The notes: a model not told the origin generated them from the sequence alone. Positions 10,219-20,429 are shown, counted from the first letter of the stretch. The stretch: 64,000 bases of DNA from Alphaproteobacteria bacterium (GCA_965261735.1 OZ253470.1:4480001-4544000), one strand, 5' to 3'. A program made the numbers and translations.

Positions 10219-11838
10219 TCAAATCCTCCCGTCGTAGGATCGCGGACCGATCTCGGCGGCGAGTATCGTGAAAGTGTCCCGGACCAGCGCCGCCGCCATC
10301 TCCCGTGCAAGGGTTTCGCGGTCGCGAACCCAAACGCCCTCGCCGCCGAGCGCTTCAGCGACGGCCGGAAAATCGGTAGCGCCGAAGTTCACGGCGAGAG
10401 CGGGAAGTTGCGAGCTGCGCTGCTTCATCTCGATCAGGCCAAGCTGGGTGTCGACGAAGACGACAATGGGGATGGCCAGCTTCAGGTCGCGGACCGTGGC
10501 AAGTTCGCCCAGGAACATCTCCAGGCCGGCATCGCCCACGGTCGCGACGACCGCGCGTTCGGGCTCCGCCAGCTTGCGGCCGATGGCGAGCGGAACCGCG
10601 CATCCCATCGTGCAGAGCGCGGAAGACTGCAGGAGGCCCCGGGGACGGTAGCATTCGTAGAGTTGGCTGAGGACGATCCGGTGGGCGCCGCTGTCGGTCG
10701 TGACCACGGCGTCGCGGGGCAGCGACCTGCGCAGCACGTCGACGACCGCCGCCGGGCCCCAGTCCTCGTCGATGCGGCTTTCCGCCCGAAGCGCCGACCT
10801 GACCGAAGCCGGCTCTTTCGACGGCCAGGTCTCGCGCGGCGTTACACCCCTGCCCAGCGCTTCGAGGCCGGCGCCGGCGTCGCCCGGGAACACGAGGGAA
10901 GCCCTGTGCATTCCATGACGATCGACGACCGCCGGAAGATCGATCGCACGGGCCCCTTCCGGCCAGGGGTCGCGCCAGCCGCTTCGCATCTCGATCGGAT
11001 CGTATCCGGCAAGGACGATACAGTCCGATGCTGCCACCAGAGGCAGAAGCCGCGTGTCGACCCGTGGGCTCAGCCCGGCGGCGCCGAGGGCGAGAGGATC
11101 GTCTTCGGACAACACGCCCTTCGCCTTGTAGGTTGTGATCAGGGGCACGCGGAATCGGTGGCAGAACGCCGCGACGGCTGCCTCCGCGCGCTGGGTCAGA
11201 ACATCGAGACCGGCGATCATGAGCGGGCGGCCCGCTTCCGCGAGCCACGCGCGGGCCGTATCCAGCGCTGCGCCGCGGGCCGGGGCCGTCGGCGCGGCGG
11301 CAGCGCCCGGGACCGGCAGCGCCGCGGGCTGTTCGCGGGTCTGCACGTCGATCGGGATGTCGAGGAGCACCGGGCCCGGCCGCCCTTCCGTCGCAATGGC
11401 AACTGCCTTGTCGGCGAGGATGGCGGCCATCCCGTCCTCGACGCGATACGCCGCCTTGGCGATCGGCTCCACCAGCTTGACGTGGTCGAACACCTGGTGG
11501 GTGTAGCTGTGCCGTTCGCCCGGGGAAACGCAACCCGTCAGGACCACCATCGGCACGCGGTCCTGGAAGGCGTTGGCGATGACGTTCACGGCGTTGGCGA
11601 TGCCCGGGCCGATAGTGGCCAGCAGGATTGCCGGGGCGAGATCGCGGTGATGGACGCCTTCGCCCATGAAGCCGGCGCAATTCTCGTGCTTAGCGAGCAC
11701 CACCCCGATGCCGGCCCGTTCGAGTGCGTCCATGATGGCGAGCACTTCTCCGCCGGGAATGCCGAATGCGTAGCGGCAGCCGGCCGCGGCGAGGCGTCGG
11801 GCGATCAGGTCTGCGGAACTGGGCAGGGCAATGCTCAC
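10219..11838 (-). CDS. Thiamine pyrophosphate-binding protein (acetolactate synthase large-subunit family)
   Basis: FGIPGGE, KHENCAGFM, ATIGPGIAN, TMGCAVPLAIG, GDAG TPP motif; GTG start inferred. Confidence 0.88.
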   Translation of the reverse strand: MSIALPSSADLIARRLAAAGCRYAFGIPGGEVLAIMDALERAGIGVVLAKHENCAGFMGEGVHHRDLAPAILLATIGPGIANAVNVIANAFQDRVPMVVLTGCVSPGERHSYTHQVFDHVKLVEPIAKAAYRVEDGMAAILADKAVAIATEGRPGPVLLDIPIDVQTREQPAALPVPGAAAAPTAPARGAALDTARAWLAEAGRPLMIAGLDVLTQRAEAAVAAFCHRFRVPLITTYKAKGVLSEDDPLALGAAGLSPRVDTRLLPLVAASDCIVLAGYDPIEMRSGWRDPWPEGARAIDLPAVVDRHGMHRASLVFPGDAGAGLEALGRGVTPRETWPSKEPASVRSALRAESRIDEDWGPAAVVDVLRRSLPRDAVVTTDSGAHRIVLSQLYECYRPRGLLQSSALCTMGCAVPLAIGRKLAEPERAVVATVGDAGLEMFLGELATVRDLKLAIPIVVFVDTQLGLIEMKQRSSQLPALAVNFGATDFPAVAEALGGEGVWVRDRETLAREMAAALVRDTFTILAAEIGPRSYDGRI

Positions 11839-12359
11839 GATCCCGGCCTGTCGCCGGCCTGCGAAGCGCTGACGGCGCTCACGGCGTCCACGGTCGATAC
11901 GTCGCCGTCCGGGCCTAGCCGCCTCCCGCTGCGCCGAGCATCGCCGCCCAGCCGGCGCCCGCTGGCGCCGGCGCTCGCACGACGACTCGCATCGGCTGCC
12001 GTCTTCCCCGGTTCGCGCCATGGTCCCGGCGCGAAACGATACATGGTGAAGGATGTCCGGCGGAACGCCCCGAGGGGTGACGGCCGCGGGACGGGCTTCC
12101 GGACGCGCCGGGTTCGATTTTCCGGTGTTCGGAGCGGCGTGTTGCCGACCGGTACGCCAAGCGGAATGAACCTTCGCTCCAATTCGGCAATGCGCTGTCC
12201 CCGTCCTGTTCGAGCGGCCCTCGTGCCCGCGGCCGGAATGCGCGCTCCCCGTCGCCGGGGGGCCTGTCACAGGGGTTCCCGAAGACGCCCGGCGCACGAT
12301 TCGTGGCGGCCCACTTGATATTTGCTTTTACCAGGCTATACGCTCTTTTGTGCCTTTAG

Positions 12360-13328
12360 CCTGACTTATTCATCGGAGGCGGAGTTTATCGGTTGATTTT
12401 ATATTCGTGTGGCTTTGTGTTCGGCGCCTTGCGGTGCCGGGATTTGAGGTTGGCGGTGTCTGGGTCTGGGGTTGAACGGGCTCGGGTTCTCGGGACACGG
12501 CGCCCCGGCGATCAGGGGCCCGCGGCGGCCAGGCGCCCGGCCAGCAGGCGGAACAGGGCGGCGTCTGGACAGGGCGAGGCGAAGTGGATGCGGATGCTGG
12601 CGGCCCTCTCGACGACGCGGGCGCCGATCTTGAGCAAGTTCTTCCTGAGGGTCGCGAACTCGGCCCAGGCAAGCGGCATCCGGCGGGGCACGGCATCGCG
12701 GAGGGCGAGCATCAGCCAGTAGGCTGCGGTGTGCAGGACGAGGCGGAACTGGTTGGCGATCGGGTTCTGGCAGGAGGTCCGGTCGGAGGCGAGCTGGCCC
12801 TTGTGCAGCTTGATGAGGTTCTCGGCCTGGCTGCGAGCGCAATAGACAGCTTCGTAGAGATGGCGGGCGTCTCCGCCGAGCGAGGTGACGATGTAGCGGG
12901 CGTCGAAGCCGCGCGCGGTCGCCTCCAGCCGGGCGATGACCCGGCGTTCGCGGCCCCAGGACCGGGCGGCGTAGGCGAAGGCGGCGAAGCCCCGCATCCT
13001 GTCCGCGCCGGCCTCGGCGCGGCGCACCCTGAGGTCGTCGGCGACATCGTATGCGAGGGGCGGTGCAGCGCGCGATTGCCCGACAGGCCGAAGATGTAGT
13101 CGACGCCGTTGTCCTCGCACCACGCCATGGCCTCCGCGCGGCCGTAGTGGCTGTCTCCCCGGAAGGTGAGCCGGGTGCGCGGCCAGTGTCGGCGGATGCG
13201 GCGGACCAGGTACTTGAGGAGAGTGCGGACCTCGGCACCGGACGGTGTCTCGCCGGGGCGTAGGAGCACCGCCACCGGCTTGCCGCTCGCCACATGGTAG
13301 ACGTGGACTGGCGGGAAGCAGCGGGTGT
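12360..13328 (-). mobile_element. IS1380-family right-half remnant
   Basis: CCTGACTTATTCATC end identical to 5541; RGDSHY and QAENLIKLHK motifs; frameshift near 13055; 5' half missing. Confidence 0.88.
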
Positions 13329-13329
13329 G

Positions 13330-13932
13330 TGCGCCAGGCTAACCCCCATCCCGATTCCATGGGGTTGGAAGCCCAACGGGGCCGGCAGCATCCGCAGTTG
13401 CCCGGCGACCAGGCCGCGCAGCTTCATCAGCGACCAGGCCGCGCAGCTTCATCAACGCGCTGTCGCTCTTGAGGCGCTCGCGTACCGCCCCCATGGTGGC
13501 GGCGCAGCCCGCGAGCCGGTCGGGGATCAGGCCGATGACCCGGGCAAGCACGTTATGAACGAGACGCACTCGGGGGCGGACCCAACGCATGGCGCCGGGA
13601 AGCTCGACGGCGTCGCGGCGCAGCTCGTTCGCCGCCTCCTCCTGGCTCCTCGCGCCCTCGGCCGCAACCACAACCGCTTCCAGCGCGTCCAGCGTGCCCG
13701 GCAGCCGCGCCGCCAGACAGTCCGGCAGAAGGCTGAAGGTCGTATGGCTCTCGGGGCAATACCAGCGAGCGATCCGCGTACCCGGCGGCGTCTTGCGCTC
13801 ATAGGTCCCGTGCCGGGCCAGAGAACAGCCGCCCCGCGGATGGTTCGGGTACCGCTCAAGCCTTGCCCTGCGCCATGCCCCGCCGGTAACGTACCGCTCG
13901 CCGGTAAGCCCCGTCTCATAACGAAGCTGCAC
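13330..13932 (-). pseudogene. Transposon-associated Cys/His protein (DUF6431-like), frameshifted
   Basis: LARHGTYERKTPPGTRIARWYCPESHTTFSLLPDCLAARL; a 25-bp tandem duplication at 13405-13454 shifts the frame. Confidence 0.55.
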
Positions 13933-14067
13933 ACCGGCCATGGCCCGGCGGGGGATCGGCCCGCGCGGGCCTCTTTCTTGTTCATCGCCAGCCCGAGACT
14001 ACGGCCCCACCCCGGCACCGCCAAGCGGCCAAGCCGTCAACGCCGGCCAATCCCATCGCGCAGTCGG

Positions 14068-14403
14068 CCACCGCAAGCATCGCCATCGCATGCGCTACCA
14101 CGCCCTGAAGGAAGAGGGCATCGCCATCGGCTCAGGCGTGGTCGAGGCTGCCAACAAGACCCTGGTGACACAGCGCATGAAGCGCTCCGGCATGCGCTGG
14201 CGGATCGTCGGCGGACAGGCTGTTCTGACCTTCCGCGCCCTGATCAAATCCGGCCGCTTCGAGCGCGCATGGAAGGCCCTGATCAGCGCAACCGACACAC
14301 CGGCCAACGACAACATCAGTCCACGTGCAGCAGCCATGGCAATCGCTGCCTGAACTCAACGAACCAAGCCGCAGACATCACTGCCATGCGAGACTCGCAC
14401 CCA
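14068..14403 (+). pseudogene. ISKra4-family transposase C-terminal remnant with right end
   Basis: RMRYHALKEEGIAIGSGVVEAANKTLVTQRMKRSGMRW (stop 14353); ends ...GCACCC. Confidence 0.8.
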
Positions 14404-14505
14404 TCCGTTGGCGTAGACAACCCGCCCGGACGGCACGGCTTCCTGGACAAAAGGATGCAGGCTGTCCGCGGACCCGTCCTTAACGCGCCGAAAACGAATT
14501 CGGCC
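14404..14505 (-). pseudogene. Short IS1595-like transposase fragment
   Basis: Minus-strand GRIRFRRVKDGSADSLHPFVQEAVPSGRVVYANG parallels GRVRLAVVLDRSAESLCGFVESTV of the intact IS1595. Confidence 0.5.
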
Positions 14506-14587
14506 TGCGCTGCACCCTCTTTGTCAGCTGCACCCTATCGCACGTCCTTCCAGGATCGGCAGAGCAAAATGTAGCTGCTTGCCAGCT

Positions 14588-14835
14588 TCAGCCGCCGGAC
14601 CGTGTCTCCGCGACAATTTCCTTCATCCGGGCGCCGTCGATGGCGCCCGGAACCAGGGTGTCTCCGATCACGAATGCAGGTGTCCCCCGGATGCCGAGTG
14701 TCTTGGCCAACCGCACTGTTTCTTGCAGATATTTCTCTATGGCCGGATCCTTCATGTCCCGGCGAAGTTGCTCGATGTTCAACCCGAGTTTCTCAGCAAC
14801 GCCTATCACACCGGCTTCGGTCAATCCCGCGTTCG
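14588..14835 (-). pseudogene. DsbA-family protein C-terminal fragment
   Basis: LGLNIEQLRRDMKDPAI...LAKTLGIRGTPAFVIGDTLVPGA; the CxxC half is missing. Confidence 0.75.
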
Positions 14836-14927
14836 GGAGCTCCGGATTGAGATTGACCGCGAAACAGGCCCTGTTTTCCGTGGCTTGGCCGCGCCATGCG
14901 ATGAAGAGACAGCTGCGCCGGGGTGGC

Positions 14928-14952
14928 TGGCGGAGTGGATGGGATTCGAACC
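14928..14952 (-). other. tRNA-3'-end-like putative att site (left)
   Basis: Reverse complement GGTTCGAATCCCATCCACTCCGCCA gives a T-loop plus acceptor strand and CCA; the rest of a tRNA is absent. Confidence 0.6.
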
Positions 14953-15198
14953 AACGCTATGCTTTGCGTACCGCCTTGTTTTTTCGGAGTGTTTTCAGCA
15001 CTTTAGGCTCTGAGAAATCCGCGCCAAACGAGCTCTTTGTACTGGATTTCTGCGCGCAAGGAAGCGGTACTGTCGTCAGGTCGAGGAACGGGACAGGCCC
15101 CGCTCTCCACCCGCCCGGACCGGGGTTCATAATCCCTACCGGGCTTGGGGTGGTGGGAGGCCGCGCAAGGGGCGCGGCCGGAGACGGAGGACCGCCCT

Positions 15199-15495
15199 AT
15201 GACCAAACGAACCCCGAACAAAACGCGCCCGCGCACCCGTGCGGAGAAGAAGAGCGCCGCGACGAGCGCTCAGGAATCGGATGCGGCCAGACGCCCCAGC
15301 GGCAAGCTCGGCCTGATCGTGGACCGGCTCGAACGAACGGCCGGAGCGACGATCGACGAACTTGTCGATGCGACGGGCTGGCAGAAACATTCGGTCCACG
15401 GCGCTCTGAGCCGGCTCAGGTCAGCGGGCTTCGCCATTCGTCTGGAATTGACGGTGGGACGGAAGGCCTATCGGCTCGCACCGGCCGAGGCGTAA
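15199..15495 (+). CDS. DUF3489-family winged-helix protein
   Basis: GGAGGA RBS; GATIDELVDATGWQKHSVHGALSRL...RKAYRL motif. Confidence 0.85.
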   Translation: MTKRTPNKTRPRTRAEKKSAATSAQESDAARRPSGKLGLIVDRLERTAGATIDELVDATGWQKHSVHGALSRLRSAGFAIRLELTVGRKAYRLAPAEA

Positions 15496-15498
15496 GCC

Positions 15499-16038
15499 AT
15501 GTCAGTTACGGAAATCCACACTATAGAAAGCCCGACGCGCGTAGACGGCGCGCCAGGTGACGCGGGCTGCGAAGACGCAGTGGCTGCCAAGCTTCGGGCT
15601 CTCGAGGGTATGACCTACGACGGATTGCGCGTCGAATGGCGGCGGCTTTACCGCGCCCAACCGCCGAAGCGGGTGGCGCGCGGTCTGCTCGTGCTTGGTG
15701 TCGCCTGGAAGATTCAGGAGCAGGCCTATGGCGGCCTTGGCGCAGCCACCAAGCGGCGCCTCGCCGATCTGGCGAAGACCATGGAACAGGACGGCGACCT
15801 CGCCCGGAGTCGTGTTGCGCGGCTGAAACCCGGGGCGAGGCTGGTGCGTGAATGGCGCGGCCAAACCCACACGGTGATCGTTCTCGAAGACGGGTTCGAA
15901 TGGCAGGGCAAACGATGGCGATCGCTGTCGGTGATCGCCCGCGAGATCACCGACGCTCACTGGTCCGGCCCGCGCTTTTTTGGTCTGAACGGGAAAGCGG
16001 AGGCAGGCGTCGCGATCGGGGAGGCGGGCGATGGGTAA
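15499..16038 (+). CDS. DUF2924-family protein
   Basis: LRVEWRRLY, AWKIQEQAYGGL, PGARLVREWRG..H.V.V..DGFEWQG..SLS.IAREIT..HWSGPRFFGL. Confidence 0.9.
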   Translation: MSVTEIHTIESPTRVDGAPGDAGCEDAVAAKLRALEGMTYDGLRVEWRRLYRAQPPKRVARGLLVLGVAWKIQEQAYGGLGAATKRRLADLAKTMEQDGDLARSRVARLKPGARLVREWRGQTHTVIVLEDGFEWQGKRWRSLSVIAREITDAHWSGPRFFGLNGKAEAGVAIGEAGDG

Positions 16039-17776
16039 ATCCACGACTCGCAAGGGGACGAACGGCAAGGCATTAATCCGCTGCGCCATCTACACTCGGA
16101 AATCATCGGAGGACGGCCTCGAGCAGGACTTCAACTCGCTCGATGCCCAGCGGGAATCCTGCGAAGCCTTTATCCTCAGTCAGAAGCACGAGGGCTGGAC
16201 CGCGCTGCCCGAGATGTACGATGACGGCGGCCTCTCCGGCGGCACCCTTGAGAGACCCGCCCTGAAACGGATTCTTGCGGATATCGAGGCCCACCGGATC
16301 GACACTGTGGTCGTCTACAAGGTGGATCGACTGACACGCTCGCTCGGTGACTTCGCCAAGATCGTGGAAATCTTCGACAAGCGGAACGTGTCCTTCGTCT
16401 CGGTGACCCAGCAGTTTAACACCACGACATCGATGGGGAGGTTGACCCTCAACATGCTGCTCTCCTTCGCCCAGTTCGAGCGCGAGGTCACCGGCGAACG
16501 CATCCGCGACAAGATCGCGGCTTCGAAGAAGAAGGGCATGTGGATGGGCGGCAACGTGTCCCTCGGCTATGTGGTGAAGGACCGGAAACTTCTGATCGAC
16601 GAGGCGGAGGCCAAGACGGTCCGACATATCTACCGGCGATACGCCACGCTCGGCTCGGTCTGGACCCTCAAGGAGGAGCTTGACCGCGATGGCGTGGTCA
16701 GCAAAGTGCGGGTCGACAGGTGCGGGCGTGCGACCGGCGGAAACCCGCTTGCCCGTGGTGCGCTCTATACGATGCTGCAGAACCGCATCTACCGTGGCCG
16801 GATCGTCCACAAGGACAAGCACTATCCGGGCGAGCATGAGGCGATCGTCGACGAGGCGCTCTGGGACGAGGTGCAGCGGCAACTGGCGGCCAACCAAATC
16901 GACCGCGCGACCGGCACTCATGCCGCGGAGCCGAGCCTTCTAGCGGGGTTGATTTACGACGACAGCGGCCAGCGCATGACGCCGAGCCACGCCAACAAGA
17001 AGGGGACGCGCTACCGCTATTACGTGTCGCAAGCCCTGGTCAGCGAAATCCGGCGTTCCGCGCCGAGAGCTCGACGGGTCCCGGCAAGTGATGTCGAGCG
17101 GTTGGGACAAGAACGGCTTACGGTCTTCTTAAAAAGCCAGGGTGAAATCTTCGACGCTGTCGAACCGCTTTTTGATGATGTGAACAGAAGGCAGGAGGTT
17201 GTCGACCTGGCCGCGGACCTTGCCGCCCGCTGGCCGGACCTGGAGCCGGCGACGAAACGCCAGATATTCGAACGTCTCGTCAGTCGGATCAACCTTACGC
17301 AGGAAACACTTGAAATCCGGATTGCACCGAGCCGGTTGCTGGAGATTCTTTGGGAAGAGGACAACCCAAAAACCTTCGAGCCAGCTTTGTGGGACAACGA
17401 GCTGACCGTAACCTTCACGGTTCCGGCGCATCTTAAGCGCGCCGGAATGGAGACCAGACTTCTGATCGAAGGCGCGGACGGCAGCGCACGAAAATCCCCG
17501 GATCGCAGTCTGCTCAGACTTTTGAGCCAGGCGCAGCGCTTCCACGAAATGGTGCTGCACAACCGGGGCAGGACGATGACGGAGCTTGCCATCGAGGCGA
17601 GCGTCGGTGGGTCTTACTTCACCCGGATCCTGCGGCTCAGCTTCCTCGCGCCGGAGGTCGTGAAGACCATCCTCCGGGACCGCCATCCGCTCGAGCTGAC
17701 CGCGAACAAGCTTGCAGGCGACACGCGCCTGCCAATCGCATGGGAAGAACAGCGCGCCCGGTTCGGGATCGCCTGA
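16031..17776 (+). CDS. Large serine recombinase (resolvase plus recombinase domains)
   Basis: CAIYTRKSS catalytic Ser, DDGGLSG..LERPAL, VVYKVDRLTRS, FAQFEREVTGERIRD, GEHEAIVD. Confidence 0.93.
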   Translation: MGKSTTRKGTNGKALIRCAIYTRKSSEDGLEQDFNSLDAQRESCEAFILSQKHEGWTALPEMYDDGGLSGGTLERPALKRILADIEAHRIDTVVVYKVDRLTRSLGDFAKIVEIFDKRNVSFVSVTQQFNTTTSMGRLTLNMLLSFAQFEREVTGERIRDKIAASKKKGMWMGGNVSLGYVVKDRKLLIDEAEAKTVRHIYRRYATLGSVWTLKEELDRDGVVSKVRVDRCGRATGGNPLARGALYTMLQNRIYRGRIVHKDKHYPGEHEAIVDEALWDEVQRQLAANQIDRATGTHAAEPSLLAGLIYDDSGQRMTPSHANKKGTRYRYYVSQALVSEIRRSAPRARRVPASDVERLGQERLTVFLKSQGEIFDAVEPLFDDVNRRQEVVDLAADLAARWPDLEPATKRQIFERLVSRINLTQETLEIRIAPSRLLEILWEEDNPKTFEPALWDNELTVTFTVPAHLKRAGMETRLLIEGADGSARKSPDRSLLRLLSQAQRFHEMVLHNRGRTMTELAIEASVGGSYFTRILRLSFLAPEVVKTILRDRHPLELTANKLAGDTRLPIAWEEQRARFGIA

Positions 17777-17891
17777 GCCAGGGTCTCGGCCACGACGGAA
17801 AGGCGTATCGGGCGCAACCCCCGGAAGTTTCGGGACAAGTTCGAATCCATCCAGCGTCCTGAATAAACATTATATAACAATGACTTAAGTG

Positions 17892-17919
17892 TGGCGGAGG
17901 ACGCAGTCTGCTGCGAACC
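17892..17919 (-). other. Degenerate tRNA-3'-like putative att site (right)
   Basis: TGGCGGAG-N14-CGAACC in the same orientation as TGGCGGAG-N11-CGAACC at 14928. Confidence 0.45.
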
Positions 17920-17933
17920 TGTCTCTGCGCCAA

Positions 17934-18126
17934 TTCCCTGTTAAACAGGGAAAATACAGGGAATTATTGCAGATTCGACCTTAAATCGGCGGGAGTGGGC
18001 CGTCTAAGGCGTTGATATCATAGGGAATCGAGACCCAATTCCCTACGCCACGGAACAGGGAATTATTATTGGCCTAACAGGGAATTTTCCAGGGTGAACA
18101 GGGAAATTCACTCGCCGAACAGGGAG
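17934..18126. repeat. Array of AACAGGGAA boxes
   Basis: Copies at 17944, 17955, 18054, 18076, 18097 and 18118, plus an inverted copy at 17934; the last four are spaced 22, 21 and 21 bp. Confidence 0.8.
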
Positions 18127-18158
18127 CCGTCAACCTTGAACATCTATTCCTCCTTTGC

Positions 18159-18893
18159 TCAGCAGCCACGCGGCACCACGCTTTGCGATCCGCGCAGGCC
18201 GAGATCCGTATAACGCCAAGCGAGTTCGAGCGTCGTGTCGTCGTCCAGAGATGTCGCGATCCCAGCCGTCAGCATCCAGGCGAGGTTGACCCGACGCCCG
18301 CCCGGAACGATGGTCGTCGTCCTCGGAAACGCCATGCGGGTTTCTCCAATCTCGACCCGGACGGCTCCAGCGCCACCTCCGAGAAACGGGCTGAAACGGC
18401 CCAGCCTCGGCACGCCCAGTTCCGGCAAGTCCACGTAAGCGGCCAGCATGCCCGACAAGGAGGAGAGGTTCGCCGAGACCGACTGCTGGCGCGCGGGCTC
18501 CAGGAAATTGGCGCGTCCGAAGGCGAAGCGCGGCCGGTATTCGACCAGGGCTTCGACCCGCGCGGCGCGCGTGAGTATATGGCCGATCCCGAACTCAACG
18601 CCGGCCACCGTCCCGAAATCGCCTAGCGAACGCAGGGCCGCACCGTCGCCGCCCGTGCCGCAGCCATACAGCGCCGCCGGAGAAACGCTCGAACAATCCT
18701 TGTCCATGAACCGGGTCTCGGCGGGGCGGTCGAAACCGATCCCGGCTCGCAGATAGACGTCGTCCGCGATCCCGACCCCCGGGACCATGGTTGCCGCGAT
18801 ACCGATCAGGGCCGCAGCCAAGTGGAGCCATTTCACCCGCGACGGCACCGTGCATGCCGGCATGGCAACTGGAGAGCCGGTACCGTCTTTCAT
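18159..18893 (-). pseudogene. Outer-membrane beta-barrel (opacity/LomR-like) protein, C-terminally truncated
   Basis: Signal peptide, amphipathic strands, SPFLGGGAG, AWMLTAG, LELAWRYTDLG, then no terminal aromatic strand. Confidence 0.7.
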
Positions 18894-19557
18894 GTTCGAC
18901 CGGGAATCGCGACCGCCATATCGCATCGATCCGCTTTGCATCGTCGTGGTGGTGGGTGCCTGCGTCATTCGCCTGTGGCGCAATTCAGGCAATTCCGGGT
19001 GATTGTTCAAATTGGCTCGGTGCACGGCCATCCCTTCCAGTCAGCTGACCTCTTCCGATTTGCGCCCGCCAAGCTTTGTCGATTCCTACCGGCGCAGTTC
19101 CGCGACACGGCCTCGATCTGGCGCGGCGGATCATCGCGGGGATATAGAGAATATTGTTCGGTTCGTCACGGCTAACGGCGTCGTCGGGGCCGAAGACAGA
19201 ATTCTGGCCCGTGACACCCTCATCGTCGACCGCTTGCGCACGCCTGTCGCGGGCTCCATCATTCCCGCCACAATCGAGACGCTCGCAACGAGCCGACCGC
19301 CACCCGAGCCAAGTGTAACGGCCTCTTGAACGCGCCCGCCGATAGCGCCGACGGCGGTGCAATCCGCCCGTTCGGCGTCCTATCGAAAAGTTCGTCACTA
19401 CTTCACCCGAGCCCCGGCCACCGTTTGAAAAATCCGTCCCGCGCGCCCTCTGCGTCAAGGCGCCGATCCTTCCAAACCCGAAACCCGTGCCGCAGCCCAC
19501 CGCGACGACACTCTTCGTCGCGGTTTCCCTTTGCGAACAGCGCGCCGCAAAGAGTCC

Positions 19558-19643
19558 GAGCTTGGCCGGGAGGCGGGCGGCGGATGGACACTCGAGAGGG
19601 CGCCCCCGCCGTTCGCAACCACGGACCCACGGGAGACGGCACA
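19558..19643 (+). promoter_or_regulatory. Second copy of the conserved leader
   Basis: Similar to 8360-8444; preceded by hairpin CCGCGACGA-cactct-TCGTCGCGG near 19500-19523. Confidence 0.45.
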
Positions 19644-19826
19644 ATGCAGATGGCCACAACGCTTCGCCGCAGCACGCACACTTTCCTCACTCATTTGTTC
19701 CGCCCGGGCCTCGATGACGACCGTTACGTGATTGAGCGGTTCCAGTCGAAAGCCGACGGCGAGATCCGCCCCCGGCGCCGCAATGGGTCGTCGAAGATGT
19801 TGTTCGGCTCCGAACATTGCCCCTGA
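19644..19826 (+). pseudogene. Short hypothetical ORF behind the conserved leader, probably truncated
   Basis: GGGAGA RBS; MQMATTLRRSTHTFLTHLF. Confidence 0.3.
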
Positions 19827-19945
19827 CAAATGAACGGAATCAACAACTTGCTGAGCCGATCGGCGTCAAACGGGCGCGCCGATCAACACCTAAACTGTGA
19901 ATCCCGAGGCCGCCCTGTCGGATGCCGGCGCCATCCAGGGCGCGG

Positions 19946-20407
19946 CTACGCCCGATGCCGTCCACGGGGGGCAAGTGGGCCGCCGCTGGCGCTCGGCTCC
20001 ACTGCGTCGCACCCCGCGGCGAATTCGTCCAGAAGCGTCCGGGCACCTGCAACCTCCGCGCCCAGTGCGTGCACCCGGGCACGAAGCCCCGCATCGGAGG
20101 TGTAGACCAAAACCGCTTTGCGGTCTGGAAGTGCATCGACCAGCTCCACGATGCGGTCGTCCGCGCCATTGCGCCGTCGATGCCCGGTATGAACCACGGC
20201 AAGGCACTCGCGCGGCGGCGCCATGCCGGGCGGGCCGGGTCCATCGAACACGATTGTCCATGCGGCTTCGCTGTCGCGCGCCAGTGGAGCGATCTCGGCG
20301 ACAAGCCGCTCCGCGGCCTCGGCACGGTTGCGCCACCAGCCATCCGCACGCGACCCCATCACGTTGTTGCCGTCCACGAACACCGCGGGCTGCTTGGCCT
20401 CGGTCAT
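19946..20407 (-). CDS. NYN/PIN-domain (YacP-like) nuclease
   Basis: FVDGNNV, IVFDG, ADDRI and YTSDAGL acidic tetrad. Confidence 0.8.
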   Translation of the reverse strand: MTEAKQPAVFVDGNNVMGSRADGWWRNRAEAAERLVAEIAPLARDSEAAWTIVFDGPGPPGMAPPRECLAVVHTGHRRRNGADDRIVELVDALPDRKAVLVYTSDAGLRARVHALGAEVAGARTLLDEFAAGCDAVEPSASGGPLAPRGRHRA

Positions 20408-20429
20408 GCCGCCTTGCCGTTGCCCTCGT

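Noticed and set aside
11839-12297. Long N-terminal extensions of the TPP enzyme, the ABC ATPase (38451-38855) and hydantoinase A (52279-52833)
   Set aside because: Low-complexity upstream read-through; family similarity starts at the downstream starts
14900-15000. tRNA gene
   Set aside because: Only the T-arm and 3' acceptor strand are present; no D-arm or anticodon arm can be folded
17934-18126. CRISPR array
   Set aside because: Repeats are 9 bp with 12-13 bp gaps, far too short, and no cas genes are in the window
19130-19330. SLH-like motif (GVTGQNSVFGPDDAVSRDE) on the minus strand
   Set aside because: A single weak match with no plausible start or repeat domains
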